This document shows, piece by piece, positions 18,642 to 28,108 of a DNA stretch of 64,000 nucleotides. Origin of the DNA: Saprospiraceae bacterium (GTDB taxonomy: Bacteria; Bacteroidota; Bacteroidia; Chitinophagales; Saprospiraceae); assembly GCA_020846655.1 (NCBI GenBank), contig JADLDL010000255.1, positions 654 through 64,653 on the forward strand, read 5' to 3'. Position numbers and translations under genes: made by a program. Within the stretch, counting starts at the first letter, position 1, and each line of letters begins with the position of its first letter. The notes under the pieces were generated by a model. That model was not told the DNA's origin. It made no database searches and saw only the letters and a list, made by a program, of their open reading frames with translations.

Positions 18642-19181
18642 ATGAAAAATGTTTTTGTAGCCACCCTGGTGGTGGTACTGATGGCGCCAGCCCTTTCCGT
18701 ATTGGGGCAAAGCAATGTTTTTATTTCCAATGAGGTCTTGAAAACGGCCGAATGGGCCGGAGTAAAATATAAAGACGAGGTGAAGCGCGCATCGTCCGGC
18801 AACATCAAATCCATCGAAAAACTGTTCGACTTCCACCGCTACGTGGATGGCGTACAATCGCTCGACCATGCCGTCACCCTTCTGGAACTTATTCCGCTGG
18901 CACAGGACCGCAACGTCGCTACAGCCGCTCATTATTGCAATCCGAAACTTAAAAAAGTAGCCCTCGACCGTCTGATACTGGCACAGGGCCGGACCCAAAA
19001 AGAAGAACTGCGCAAACCGCTGCAAAATTGGGCGCCGCTTACCTGGGCTGTGCTGAATGGCCGAGCGCTGCCGCAGCCGGAAGCCACCGCAGCCGATAAA
19101 ACGGCCAAGGAAGCCCGCCGCGGTACGGATGCCGAGTCCAAGCCTGCTCCTAAAACCGATGGCACCGCCATCGAGAACTAA
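18642..19181 (+). CDS. hypothetical secreted protein
   Basis: ORF 18576..19181. The internal start MKNVFVATLVVVLMAPALSVLGQ (ATG at 18642) gives a signal peptide. I recognise no family. Confidence 0.5.
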   Translation: MKNVFVATLVVVLMAPALSVLGQSNVFISNEVLKTAEWAGVKYKDEVKRASSGNIKSIEKLFDFHRYVDGVQSLDHAVTLLELIPLAQDRNVATAAHYCNPKLKKVALDRLILAQGRTQKEELRKPLQNWAPLTWAVLNGRALPQPEATAADKTAKEARRGTDAESKPAPKTDGTAIEN

Positions 19182-19202
19182 CTCTACAAACAGCGCCAAA
19201 AC

Positions 19203-19760
19203 ATGGGATTCCGGATCTACACAAAAACGGGAGATCAAGGGGAAACGGCCCTGTTTGGTGGTCGCCGGGTACCTAAAAGCCACTTGCGCGTAGACGCATA
19301 TGGCACCGTCGACGAACTCAATTCCTTTATCGGGCTCTTGTGCGACGCCCTGGAAAACAAGCGGGTCCGAGATCTTTTGCAACAAATCCAACACCGCTTG
19401 TTTTCCATCGGCGCGCACCTCGCCTCCGATCCGGAACAGCCTCTCCCCTCCCCCGACCTGCGGCCAGAAGATATTCAAGTGCTGGAAACGGCTATGGATC
19501 ACATGGACGAAGGGCTGCCGCCGCTGCGCAATTTTATCCTCCCCGGCGGCCACCCTACGGTTTCCCTCTGTCATGTTTGTCGGACGGTATGCCGCCGGGC
19601 AGAACGGCTCGCCGTCGCCCTGCACCAGCACGAGCCGGTAGATGAACAAGTACTGCAATACCTGAACCGCTTGTCCGATTATTTTTTCATGTTGTCGCGC
19701 CAACTGGCTTTCGACGCCGGTGTGGCCGAAATCGCCTGGCACCCGCGCCCAAACACCTGA
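19203..19760 (+). CDS. PduO-type ATP:cob(I)alamin adenosyltransferase
   Basis: 185 aa. The N-terminus IYTKTGDQGETALFGGRRVPKSHLRVDAYGTVDELNSFIG is typical of the PduO/MMAB family. Confidence 0.85.
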   Translation: MGFRIYTKTGDQGETALFGGRRVPKSHLRVDAYGTVDELNSFIGLLCDALENKRVRDLLQQIQHRLFSIGAHLASDPEQPLPSPDLRPEDIQVLETAMDHMDEGLPPLRNFILPGGHPTVSLCHVCRTVCRRAERLAVALHQHEPVDEQVLQYLNRLSDYFFMLSRQLAFDAGVAEIAWHPRPNT

Positions 19761-21166
19761 TGGCAAATTCGGTCCAACCACGGAAAGGCCTGTTGCCAGG
19801 CATCTGGCCAGCAGCCCTGCACCAAAGCCCGCATCTCCTTCCGGGCCTGTGGCTTAGTTTGGCCGCCGGCTTGGTTGCCGCATTTTTGATGCCACAGCAA
19901 TCCCCGTTTCCCTACCGGTTCGAAAAAGCACAGCCCTGGAATTACTCTACCCTGAAGGCCCCTTTTGATTTTGAAGTGCTGTACCCGGAAGCACAGGTGC
20001 GCGACCAACTGGACCAAATCAATGCCGAACACGCACCCTATTTCCTGCTCCGCCCGGAATTGGCGCGCCGTCAAAAACAACAACTGGCCGAACAAATTCA
20101 AGAGCAAACCCGGATCGGCAAAAACGACACCCGCTACGAAGACCTCGTCGCCAAACCAGCCGCCTACATCTCCTTCGGCCAGCAAATGCTCGACTATTTG
20201 TACAGCAAAGGCGTCGGCGGCGGCGATGTGGAAGGCCTGCGCCAGGACAATCCCAATGCCGAAGTCATGCTGGTCAATGGGGCCTACGAACAACGGATTC
20301 CGGTCGCTCAATTTTTTACCCTGTCTACCGCCCGCGAGTTTTTGTCCGATACACTACCCTACAGCCCGCTGCGCCAACCGGAACTACTACTTGCCTTTTT
20401 GGAAAAAACCCTGGCGCCCAACGTGCAATACAGCGATTCGCTCACCGTGTTGAGTAAGCGAAAAAAGATTGCAGCGGTGGTCAGTACGGGCATCACGGTT
20501 CGGAAAGGAGAGGTTATCGTGCGGAACTCGGAACTGGTGAGCGACGATATTTTTCGCAAACTCAATTCCCTCAGCCAGCGCTTCGACGCCCCCAAACGGC
20601 TCCCGGTGACGATCGGGTATGCCTTGCTGGCCTGGGTGGCTTTTGGAATTTATTTCTTTTGGCTGGCCTGGCAATACCCCGATATGTGGCAAAACCGGGT
20701 TTCCTTGTTGCTGGCCCCTGTGGTTGTTTTGTTGCTTTTGCTGCTGATCAGCCTGAGCACCTGGGTGGGGCTGGCGATTGCCCTGATCATCCCGGTTTGG
20801 GGCTTGCCGCTGTTGTGGAAAAACACCTACCCCGCGCCCATCGCCTGGGCTTCCTGGGGGCTGGTCGTGCTGTTGAGTACGATTTCGTTGGACTGGGGGC
20901 CGTCCTGGATGGCCCTTCAGGTGGCTGGAGCGGCAGCCGCGTATTTGTTTTTTGGCAATGCGCAGGGCTTGAAAGCACAGGGCCTGGGCGCTGGCCTCAC
21001 CCTAGTGGCACAGGTAGCCATATGGCTGGCTTGCCTGCTGGCCGGCAAATTGCCGGCAGGTTTGCAATCAGCAGACGTGATACTCTTGCTGCTGATTGCA
21101 AACGGGCTGTTGTTTTCGTTATCGCCCTTGCGCCGGCTCCTGGAATCCGGTAGCCTGCCGGATTAA
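19760..21166 (+). CDS. membrane protein resembling the extracellular plus 7TM part of 7TM-receptor-HD (HDIG) proteins, without an HD domain
   Basis: 468 aa. Its ATG overlaps the upstream TGA (TGATG). It has an N-terminal TM helix, then PYRFEKAQPWNYSTLKAPFDFEV, which looks like the start of the 7TMR-HDED domain. The hydrophobic C-terminal ~180 aa contain multiple TM helices. The ORF ends 19 nt before the convergent bglX stop, so no room remains for an HD domain. Confidence 0.55.
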   Translation: MANSVQPRKGLLPGIWPAALHQSPHLLPGLWLSLAAGLVAAFLMPQQSPFPYRFEKAQPWNYSTLKAPFDFEVLYPEAQVRDQLDQINAEHAPYFLLRPELARRQKQQLAEQIQEQTRIGKNDTRYEDLVAKPAAYISFGQQMLDYLYSKGVGGGDVEGLRQDNPNAEVMLVNGAYEQRIPVAQFFTLSTAREFLSDTLPYSPLRQPELLLAFLEKTLAPNVQYSDSLTVLSKRKKIAAVVSTGITVRKGEVIVRNSELVSDDIFRKLNSLSQRFDAPKRLPVTIGYALLAWVAFGIYFFWLAWQYPDMWQNRVSLLLAPVVVLLLLLLISLSTWVGLAIALIIPVWGLPLLWKNTYPAPIAWASWGLVVLLSTISLDWGPSWMALQVAGAAAAYLFFGNAQGLKAQGLGAGLTLVAQVAIWLACLLAGKLPAGLQSADVILLLLIANGLLFSLSPLRRLLESGSLPD

Positions 21167-21185
21167 GAAACTGTTTTAAAGTCCG

Positions 21186-23486
21186 CTACTCCATCCGCAC
21201 CTTGACTTTTTTCAGATCGGCCGAGTTGCCGCCGACCATGATGTCAAATTCGCCGGGCTCCGCCCCGAAACTCATGTCTTTCCGGTAAAAACTAAGGTCT
21301 TTTTCGGTGATCCGAAACTGCACCGAGCGGGCTTCGCCGGGCGCCAGCATTATTTTTTGAAAACCTTTCAATTCCTTCACTGGCCGGGTAACGCTGCCCA
21401 CGAGGTCGCGGATGTACAATTGAACCACTTCTTCGCCGGCCCGTTTTCCGGTGTTTTTTACCGTCACCGAAACCTGAATTGTTTCGCCTTTTTTAAAAAC
21501 ACTGCGGTCGGCAACGGGTGTGCTGTAGTCAAATGTGGTATAACTCAGGCCATACCCGAACGGGAACAAGGGGCTGTTGGGCATGTCGATGTACTTGCTC
21601 GTCCACTTGCTGTTGGGATCGTAGGGACGGCCGGTGTTCCGTTCGTTGTAAAAAACGGGCACCTGGCCCACTGAACGCGGAAAGGTCATCGGCAATTTTC
21701 CCGAAGGGTTGTAGTCGCCAAACAAGACATCCGCCAGCGCATGCCCCGTTTCGGTGCCCAGCCACCAGGCTTCCAGCAGGGCCGTCGACTGTGCGGCCAG
21801 GTCCGGGATCGCCAGCGGGCGGCCGTTCATCAGCACCACTACCACGGGTTTGCCGGTAGCCACCAGGGCTGAAACCAGTTCTTCCTGCACGCCCGGCAAA
21901 CCCAGTTCGGCCCTGGCAGCCGCTTCACCCGACATCATGGCGTTTTCGCCAACCGCTACGACTACCACATCGGCTTGTTGCGCAGCCGCTACGGCTTCTG
22001 CAAAGCCACTTTTGTCGTTGCCTTCCACCGCACATCCTTTGACGTGTTTGATAGTGCCCGTACCAGCAGCCTTTAGACCTTCGAGCAGGCTGATGCAGTC
22101 GTTGAAATTTCCGGCGCCGTTCCAGTTGCCGATGAGTTCGGACTTGTTGTCGGCCAGGGGGCCAACAAGGGCTATGTTGGCGTTTTTCGCCAGCGGCAAG
22201 GCATTTTTTTCATTTTTCAACAACACAATGGACTTGCGGGAAATATCGCGGGCGGTAGCCCGGTGTTCGGGCGCCAGGAGAAGGCGTTTTTCGCGCGCTG
22301 CGTCGCAAAATTTGTAAGGGTCGTCAAACAGGCCCAACATGAATTTCAAACGAAGGACGCGCCGCACGGCCTCGTCGATTTCCGCCAGGGTTACCTTGCC
22401 TTCGGCCAATGATTTTTGTAAAAAACGCTGATAAATACCGCCTTGCATATCCATGTCCACGCCCGCCCGGAGCGACAATTCGCCAGCCTCTTTTTCATCG
22501 GCCACCACGCCGTGGTTGGTCATTTCGTTCATGGAGGTGTAGTCAGTCACCACAAATCCGGTGAAGCCCCATTCTTTTCGGAGGATATCGGTCATCAGGT
22601 AGCGGTTGCCGGAGGCCGGTACGCCGTCGTAGTCGTTGAAGGAGGTCATGACGGTGGCCGCGCCGGCTTTTACAGCGGCTTCGTAGGGTGGCAGATAGTA
22701 TTCGCGGAAATAGCGCTCGCTCATGTCCACAGTGTTGTAGTCGCGCCCGCCAACCGGGGCGCCATAACCGGCAAAGTGTTTCACGCAAGCCAAAAGGGCG
22801 TCGGTACTGCCCAGGTTTTTACCCTGGATGCCGCGCACCCGCGCTTCGGCGATGCGGCTGCCCAGCCAGGTGTCTTCGCCGGCGCCTTCCATCACCCGGC
22901 CCCAGCGGGGGTCGCGGCTGATGTCGACCATCGGGGCAAAGGTCCAGTGCAAGCCGGCGGCGGCGGCTTCGGCGGCGGCAATATGTGCCGACTGCTCGAT
23001 GGCGGCCAGGTCCCAACTGGCGGCTTCCCCCAGGGGGATAGGAAAGATTGTTTTGTAGCCGTGGATGACGTCAAAACCAAAGAGCAGGGGAATTTTCAGG
23101 CGGGTTTCTTCGATGGCAATGCGCTGCAACTCCCGGGTAAATTGGGTGGAATGGCTGTTGAACAGGGCGCCGCAGCGGCCTTTGCGGATGTCGTCGGTGT
23201 AGCCCTCCCGGATAGTGGGCCCGGTGGAGCCCCAATCGGTAGTAAAGAGGGTCATCTGGCCGATTTTTTCTTCCAGGGTCATACGCGCCAAAACGGAGTC
23301 GACGCGGTGCCGTAGCCGGAGTTCTGCGGCCGACAGGCCGGCGCCCGTGGCGGATTTGGGCACGCTTGAGCAATTGGGGGCCAGGGCCAAAGCCAGCCCG
23401 AGGAGTAAGAACAAAACCGCTGGGCGGAAAGGTAGAGCGGAAAATATGAGGGTTGGGGAAAAACGGCGTAATCCGGTTTGGTGCAT
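21186..23486 (-). CDS. bglX: GH3 beta-glucosidase (BglX-like)
   Basis: 766 aa. It has GH3 blocks (EEKIGQMTLF, KHFAGYG, GFTGFVVTDY nucleophile region) and a C-terminal Fn3-like domain. The N-terminus carries a signal or lipoprotein sequence. Confidence 0.9.
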   Translation of the reverse strand: MHQTGLRRFSPTLIFSALPFRPAVLFLLLGLALALAPNCSSVPKSATGAGLSAAELRLRHRVDSVLARMTLEEKIGQMTLFTTDWGSTGPTIREGYTDDIRKGRCGALFNSHSTQFTRELQRIAIEETRLKIPLLFGFDVIHGYKTIFPIPLGEAASWDLAAIEQSAHIAAAEAAAAGLHWTFAPMVDISRDPRWGRVMEGAGEDTWLGSRIAEARVRGIQGKNLGSTDALLACVKHFAGYGAPVGGRDYNTVDMSERYFREYYLPPYEAAVKAGAATVMTSFNDYDGVPASGNRYLMTDILRKEWGFTGFVVTDYTSMNEMTNHGVVADEKEAGELSLRAGVDMDMQGGIYQRFLQKSLAEGKVTLAEIDEAVRRVLRLKFMLGLFDDPYKFCDAAREKRLLLAPEHRATARDISRKSIVLLKNEKNALPLAKNANIALVGPLADNKSELIGNWNGAGNFNDCISLLEGLKAAGTGTIKHVKGCAVEGNDKSGFAEAVAAAQQADVVVVAVGENAMMSGEAAARAELGLPGVQEELVSALVATGKPVVVVLMNGRPLAIPDLAAQSTALLEAWWLGTETGHALADVLFGDYNPSGKLPMTFPRSVGQVPVFYNERNTGRPYDPNSKWTSKYIDMPNSPLFPFGYGLSYTTFDYSTPVADRSVFKKGETIQVSVTVKNTGKRAGEEVVQLYIRDLVGSVTRPVKELKGFQKIMLAPGEARSVQFRITEKDLSFYRKDMSFGAEPGEFDIMVGGNSADLKKVKVRME

Positions 23487-23662
23487 GCTGCTTCGCGTTT
23501 AGGTTATTTTTTTGCCAACAGGCGTTATAACAGCATAAAATTACAACGAACTCCGGCGTTGCCGACAAAAAAGCACCTCACGGAAACTACACCAGGGGTG
23601 GGAATATCCACATTCCTTTTGCAAAGCTATGCCTATTGGTAGCGGGATTCCTGAGTTGTCCG

Positions 23663-26230
23663 CTACTGACGGATAAATTTTAGAAGGATTGTTGTTTCCT
23701 CTGTGTTGGCCCGCACGAAATATGTTCCTGGAGGTAAATGGGATACCGGGACGCTTATTTCCGTATCGGGTTCGCCACCCCAACAAGAGACAATGTTACC
23801 CAGTGCATTGAAAAAGCAAACCGAGGTAATGGCGTGTGCTGCCGATTGCAGCCGTACGTCCGTACTGGCTGGGTTCGGTGCGATCCAAATCGAAGACTCT
23901 TCTTCAATTGGTGTATTGGTTTGCACTGTTTTTGTAATGAGCAGTCCAGTCCGTTGTCCAGCAATGTTTAGGGCAATATTTTCCGGTGTAATTGCTTGTA
24001 TATTCGTGGTATATGCTGGGGTTTCCAACATTTCACCGCCACCGCCATCCGGACTGAAGCCTTGCTTTCCTTTAAAAAAAATATCGTCTTCAATGATAAT
24101 GAAGGTGTGGCCGATGAGGCCAAATCCGCCAGCGCCGGCGCCATCTGTCCTGGAGAGCACCACATCAAGCCGGTGCTGTCCGGGAAAGTGACGTTGCATG
24201 CACAGTAGTTCTGTTGAAGGGTCACCCAGCCAAGAGCTCTGAGGTTCAAAATACAGAGGGTGCAACAAATCGGGATCGTAAGAAATGCTGAACGACAAGC
24301 CGTGCAGATCCGCAACGGGGTTCAGTTCCGAGCCCAACGCGAGCGGAATGGTAGCTATTTGACCCGGCAAAAGGGTATCGGCTTCCAAATAAAGTGCCAG
24401 CCCCGGGGCCATACCCGGCACCGTTGTTGGTTCGGCAAATGGGTTGTCCGACAGAGGATGAACCACCCGTCCCCAATTGGCCACTATGCCCATTGTATCT
24501 GTCAGGTTTACTTGGCCGTCTCCGTTCGCATCCAGATTTTTCAGGTTGACAACACTGCCGGGAAGGCTCGCTGCCCAGTCATTTGCCGGTTGCCCCGCCC
24601 AGTCCAGGCTGGCATTGGTACGGGTAGGTCCAGTAACGCCCAAGGCAAGGGCCAAACTCAAGAGGTCGTGGTGGTTCACGGCATTGTTGTTATCCAGATC
24701 GCCCGGCCAGACCAGCGCTGCAGAATCGCCGGGTTCTTGCCAAATGCATTCCAAAGCCGTGTTTAAAAAGTCGGAGCAGCCAGCAGCATCAAGTGCGGTA
24801 ACGGAATAGGCGCCCTGAGGGGCCATTTGCATCAGGTCGATCGTATCATTTGCGGGCTGAAGTACCTCGCTTATGGAACCGTTGCTCCAAGACAACAGCA
24901 GTGGAAAGTCGATGGCAGCAGGGTTGATTGCGCCAAGCAATAAGTTGCCGGAAGGCGCCGAGCCGCCCAGGCAAATGGGGTCGAGAGATAGGCCCCAGGT
25001 AGAGCTTCCTGCATCCGACACCAGTGTTTGTGCTATGCCTGTACAACCAATTGCATCGGTTGCTGTGACCCGGTACAAACCAGCCACGAGGTTGGTGATG
25101 AGGGCCCCTGTTGCCTGATTAGACCAGGCAAATGTGTATGGCGCTGTGCCATTTTGGGGTGCAGCGCTTGCGCCGCCGGCAATGTCGGCAGCACAATTGG
25201 CCGGGGTGGCCGAAGCCTGTACCACCAACTGATTGGCGGCCTGCACCTGAATGCTATCTACATCCAAACAACCATTCGCATCAGTAGCCGTCACGGAGTA
25301 AATACCTGGTGGTAATTCGCATATTTCCGGGCCACTCAGGTTGTTGTCTGACCAAACGTAACTAACCGGCTGTGTTCCTGCCTGCAAATCCAAATAGATG
25401 CAGCCGTCAGCTTCGTTACAACTGGTTGGAGTGCTTTGGCTTGTGATATTGAGCGGATAGATTTCCGAAAAAATATAGACGACCACCGCTATTTGCAGTC
25501 CTGTTGCATCTGTAGCGTTCAAATAGTAAAACCCATGCGACACATTTAACAGGCCTTGTGTGGTAGCCATGAACCCGGCAGGTCCGGTCCAATTGTACGT
25601 AAGCGGCGCCGTTCCATTGGTCAGGTTATACGTCACTTTTCCAGTGGCTGAAGCGCAATTAGTGCTATTCGTGACGCAGAAATTTCCCAGGGTCAAAGGC
25701 CCCACTGCTGGAGACCCAATTTGAACGCCACCGGTTCGACAGCTCACTGAAACGCCGCCGCCCGGCTCTTTTACTACTGCCGGCAGATAGAGTGCATCCT
25801 TCAATGCTATAGGGTACCAGCCTGGAGCTGGGTTAAGGACAAACAGTCGAATTGAAAAAAGAACTGTACTATCAGGCAGATCCACTCCGATAGCATTCGG
25901 ATCAAACCAGGTGAACAATATGGTGCCGGGCTGATTGGGATTAAAATTTGCATTGGACAGACCTAATGGATTGCTATGAAATTGCAGTTCATTGAATTGC
26001 AGTGCCTGCGCCGACCACTGCAAGCCCAAAGACATGGAGATGATATCCTCGAAATCCTGCACCCGAAATGGAATTTCTACGGTTTCTCCGGGGCTTCCGG
26101 CTACCAGGGGCATCTCGAAAAACACGCAATCCGTGGTTTGTGCTTTTACGATGGTAGAGGCTCCTAAGAGAAAAAAAATGATACCCAGCAGGCCCGGGAG
26201 TAGTTTTATGCAGGTTGAGTGCTTTTTCAT
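23663..26230 (-). CDS. secreted T9SS cargo with cohesin-like and dockerin-like modules in one chain
   Basis: ORF 23663..26260, with the start moved to MKKHSTCIKLL (CAT at 26228-26230). Domain order:
- Cohesin-like module (aa ~45-175): VAGSPGETVEIPFRVQDFEDIISMSLGLQW.
- About 4 SprB-like repeats.
- Dockerin-like module (nt ~24467-24709): loops DLDNNNAVNHHD and DANGDGQVNLTD.
- Second cohesin-like module (aa ~620-725): GQIATIPLALG...LHGLSFSISYDPDLL.
- Type-A C-terminal domain: IWIAPNPASTDVRL...LPPGTYFV. Confidence 0.75.
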   Translation of the reverse strand: MKKHSTCIKLLPGLLGIIFFLLGASTIVKAQTTDCVFFEMPLVAGSPGETVEIPFRVQDFEDIISMSLGLQWSAQALQFNELQFHSNPLGLSNANFNPNQPGTILFTWFDPNAIGVDLPDSTVLFSIRLFVLNPAPGWYPIALKDALYLPAVVKEPGGGVSVSCRTGGVQIGSPAVGPLTLGNFCVTNSTNCASATGKVTYNLTNGTAPLTYNWTGPAGFMATTQGLLNVSHGFYYLNATDATGLQIAVVVYIFSEIYPLNITSQSTPTSCNEADGCIYLDLQAGTQPVSYVWSDNNLSGPEICELPPGIYSVTATDANGCLDVDSIQVQAANQLVVQASATPANCAADIAGGASAAPQNGTAPYTFAWSNQATGALITNLVAGLYRVTATDAIGCTGIAQTLVSDAGSSTWGLSLDPICLGGSAPSGNLLLGAINPAAIDFPLLLSWSNGSISEVLQPANDTIDLMQMAPQGAYSVTALDAAGCSDFLNTALECIWQEPGDSAALVWPGDLDNNNAVNHHDLLSLALALGVTGPTRTNASLDWAGQPANDWAASLPGSVVNLKNLDANGDGQVNLTDTMGIVANWGRVVHPLSDNPFAEPTTVPGMAPGLALYLEADTLLPGQIATIPLALGSELNPVADLHGLSFSISYDPDLLHPLYFEPQSSWLGDPSTELLCMQRHFPGQHRLDVVLSRTDGAGAGGFGLIGHTFIIIEDDIFFKGKQGFSPDGGGGEMLETPAYTTNIQAITPENIALNIAGQRTGLLITKTVQTNTPIEEESSIWIAPNPASTDVRLQSAAHAITSVCFFNALGNIVSCWGGEPDTEISVPVSHLPPGTYFVRANTEETTILLKFIRQ

Positions 26231-26488
26231 AAGCATGGACACTTTGCGCGGTTTCGGCATTCGTGATAATTTTTCAGGCTACAAAACTACCCGCAGGCAC
26301 AAGGCCCTGCAATTACATTTTTTCAGATTTATAGCATTTTTTTCACGTATATTTTCCCCAATACCAAGTCAGTGCTTTTCAAAAAAGCATCATTTACTAC
26401 CTATTTGGTTATTTTATAGCAATTTCAGATCTAGGTTTTTTTTATAAATTATAGATTTTTTCTTTTACTTTTCAATCAAAAAATACCA

Positions 26489-27979
26489 GTGCATCAAACC
26501 AAACTCCTTCAATGTCTCCGGGTCTTGAGTACCCGCGAACGCAGCCGTTGGCGACAGTATGTACAATCTGATTTTTTTAACCGGCACCAAGTGCTGCGCC
26601 AACTGGCTGACGATGTGTTGTCCTACGCGCCCGAGTTTAAGGATCAGGCCTTGGCTAAAAAAACAGTGTACCGGCGACTCTTCCCTGCCGATACAGAGCA
26701 TAATGAACTAAAAATCAACAACTTAATATCTGATCTATTCAACCTGCTTCTGGGGTACATGGCCTTTCGGCAGTATGAATCCGCCAGATTCACACAACAA
26801 CTGGATGCCGCCAATGCCTTGCTCGATCGGGACCTAGGGCAGGCGGCTGCTAGTTTGCTTCAACGCAGCCGGGTGTTGTTAGATTCCTGGCCTTGCCAAT
26901 CCGCAGAGCGCCAGCACCTGGAAATCCGCTGGTGGGAAGCCCTTGAAACCCTCGAAAGCCGGCAGGCGCGGCGTACCGCCGGCGAACACCTGCACCAGCA
27001 AGCGGAGGCCCTTGATAAAGCGTTTGTACTGGAAAAATTGCGGCTGGGAGCCGCTCAAATCAGTCGCCGAGGGTTGGCCGTTTTACAATCCAACGAGCAT
27101 CCGAGGTGGCTCCCCGAAATCCGGCAGTGGTGCCTGAGTGATCTGTTTTTGTCGACTTTGCCAACCGTACAGGTTTACCTGGCGGCACTCGATTTGCTGG
27201 AACAAAACACGTCAAGTTCATACGCCGCCTTTTCGGAACTCCTGGACAAACACTTTTTGCTGTTTTCTGCCGAAGAGTTGGCGGCATTATACCAATATGC
27301 GCTCAATTTTTGCATCCACCGGATCAACGACGGCCACCCGGAAGCCTACGCCGAGACCTTGGCGCTATATCGGACACTACTCGACCGGAATGTGCTGCTA
27401 CGCAAAGGTCAATTGTCCCAATGGACCTACAAAAACATCACCACCACAGGGCTGCGGAGCGGTGATTTTGTTTGGACGGAGCAGTTTATAAACCAATACC
27501 GCCAGTATTTGCCACCGGCAGAACAAGAAAATGCCTTTATCTACAACATGGCGGCACTTTATTTCGAAAAAGGGGAATACGCCCACACCTTGCAAACGCT
27601 TCAAAATGTAGAATTTACAGATTTCACCTATCACCTCGGCGCTAAAATCATGCAGATCAAATCTTTTTATCTTTTGGGTGAAACGGAGGCCTTGGCAGCC
27701 TTGGTTAAGGCTACGCAGCAACTCCTTCGGCGCAATCGAAGTCTGTCAGATTTTGGAAAATCAGCCAACCTGCATTTTCTTCAGATCATCCTGAAATTGG
27801 ACCGTTGGACCCAACAGTCCGTTTTCTACACAGAAGAAAAAAAGGAACAGCAGCGCAACAGTCTCTTAGAAAAAACAACCCGCTTGGTACCCTTGGCCAA
27901 CAAAGACTGGCTCCTGGACCAACTTAAACCCGGAGCCCCCTACCCTTCGCCCCGAGGGGCGATCAGTTCTGGGTTTTGA
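26489..27979 (+). CDS. hypothetical helical (TPR-like) protein
   Basis: 496 aa with no signal peptide. It is Leu/Gln-rich with helical-repeat character. I recognise no family. It is divergent from the cohesin/dockerin gene across an AT-rich spacer. Confidence 0.6.
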   Translation: MHQTKLLQCLRVLSTRERSRWRQYVQSDFFNRHQVLRQLADDVLSYAPEFKDQALAKKTVYRRLFPADTEHNELKINNLISDLFNLLLGYMAFRQYESARFTQQLDAANALLDRDLGQAAASLLQRSRVLLDSWPCQSAERQHLEIRWWEALETLESRQARRTAGEHLHQQAEALDKAFVLEKLRLGAAQISRRGLAVLQSNEHPRWLPEIRQWCLSDLFLSTLPTVQVYLAALDLLEQNTSSSYAAFSELLDKHFLLFSAEELAALYQYALNFCIHRINDGHPEAYAETLALYRTLLDRNVLLRKGQLSQWTYKNITTTGLRSGDFVWTEQFINQYRQYLPPAEQENAFIYNMAALYFEKGEYAHTLQTLQNVEFTDFTYHLGAKIMQIKSFYLLGETEALAALVKATQQLLRRNRSLSDFGKSANLHFLQIILKLDRWTQQSVFYTEEKKEQQRNSLLEKTTRLVPLANKDWLLDQLKPGAPYPSPRGAISSGF

Positions 27980-27989
27980 TATTTCGATC

Positions 27990-28071
27990 TTGGATATTCG
28001 GAGTTCGATATTCGATATTTTTCAAAGGAAAAACGTCGAGGAATGTCGAATATCGAACTCCGAATATCCAA
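27990..28071. repeat. 82-nt inverted repeat (26-bp perfect stem, 30-nt loop) between convergent genes
   Basis: The arms are TTGGATATTCGGAGTTCGATATTCGA (27990-28015) and its exact reverse complement TCGAATATCGAACTCCGAATATCCAA (28046-28071). The loop contains a smaller hairpin, TTTTTC-AAAG-GAAAAA. No flanking U-tract is present. Confidence 0.8.
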
Positions 28072-28108
28072 CGTCGAAGAATGATCCATAGAACAGGCAG
28101 GCCCAACC

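Noticed and set aside
18444-19781. A 445-aa ORF on the minus strand.
   Set aside because: It is antisense to the unmistakable PduO-type adenosyltransferase gene and the upstream secreted-protein gene, and it has no recognisable motifs. This is a shadow ORF.
23622-23629. TAGCTTTG on the minus strand, matching the Bacteroidota -7 promoter consensus TAnnTTTG, 136 nt upstream of bglX. Similar near-matches (TAAACTTTG) occur near 15300 and 51433.
   Set aside because: Single 8-mer matches, some with wrong spacing, are expected by chance in 64 kb. Without 5'-end data I do not report them as promoters.
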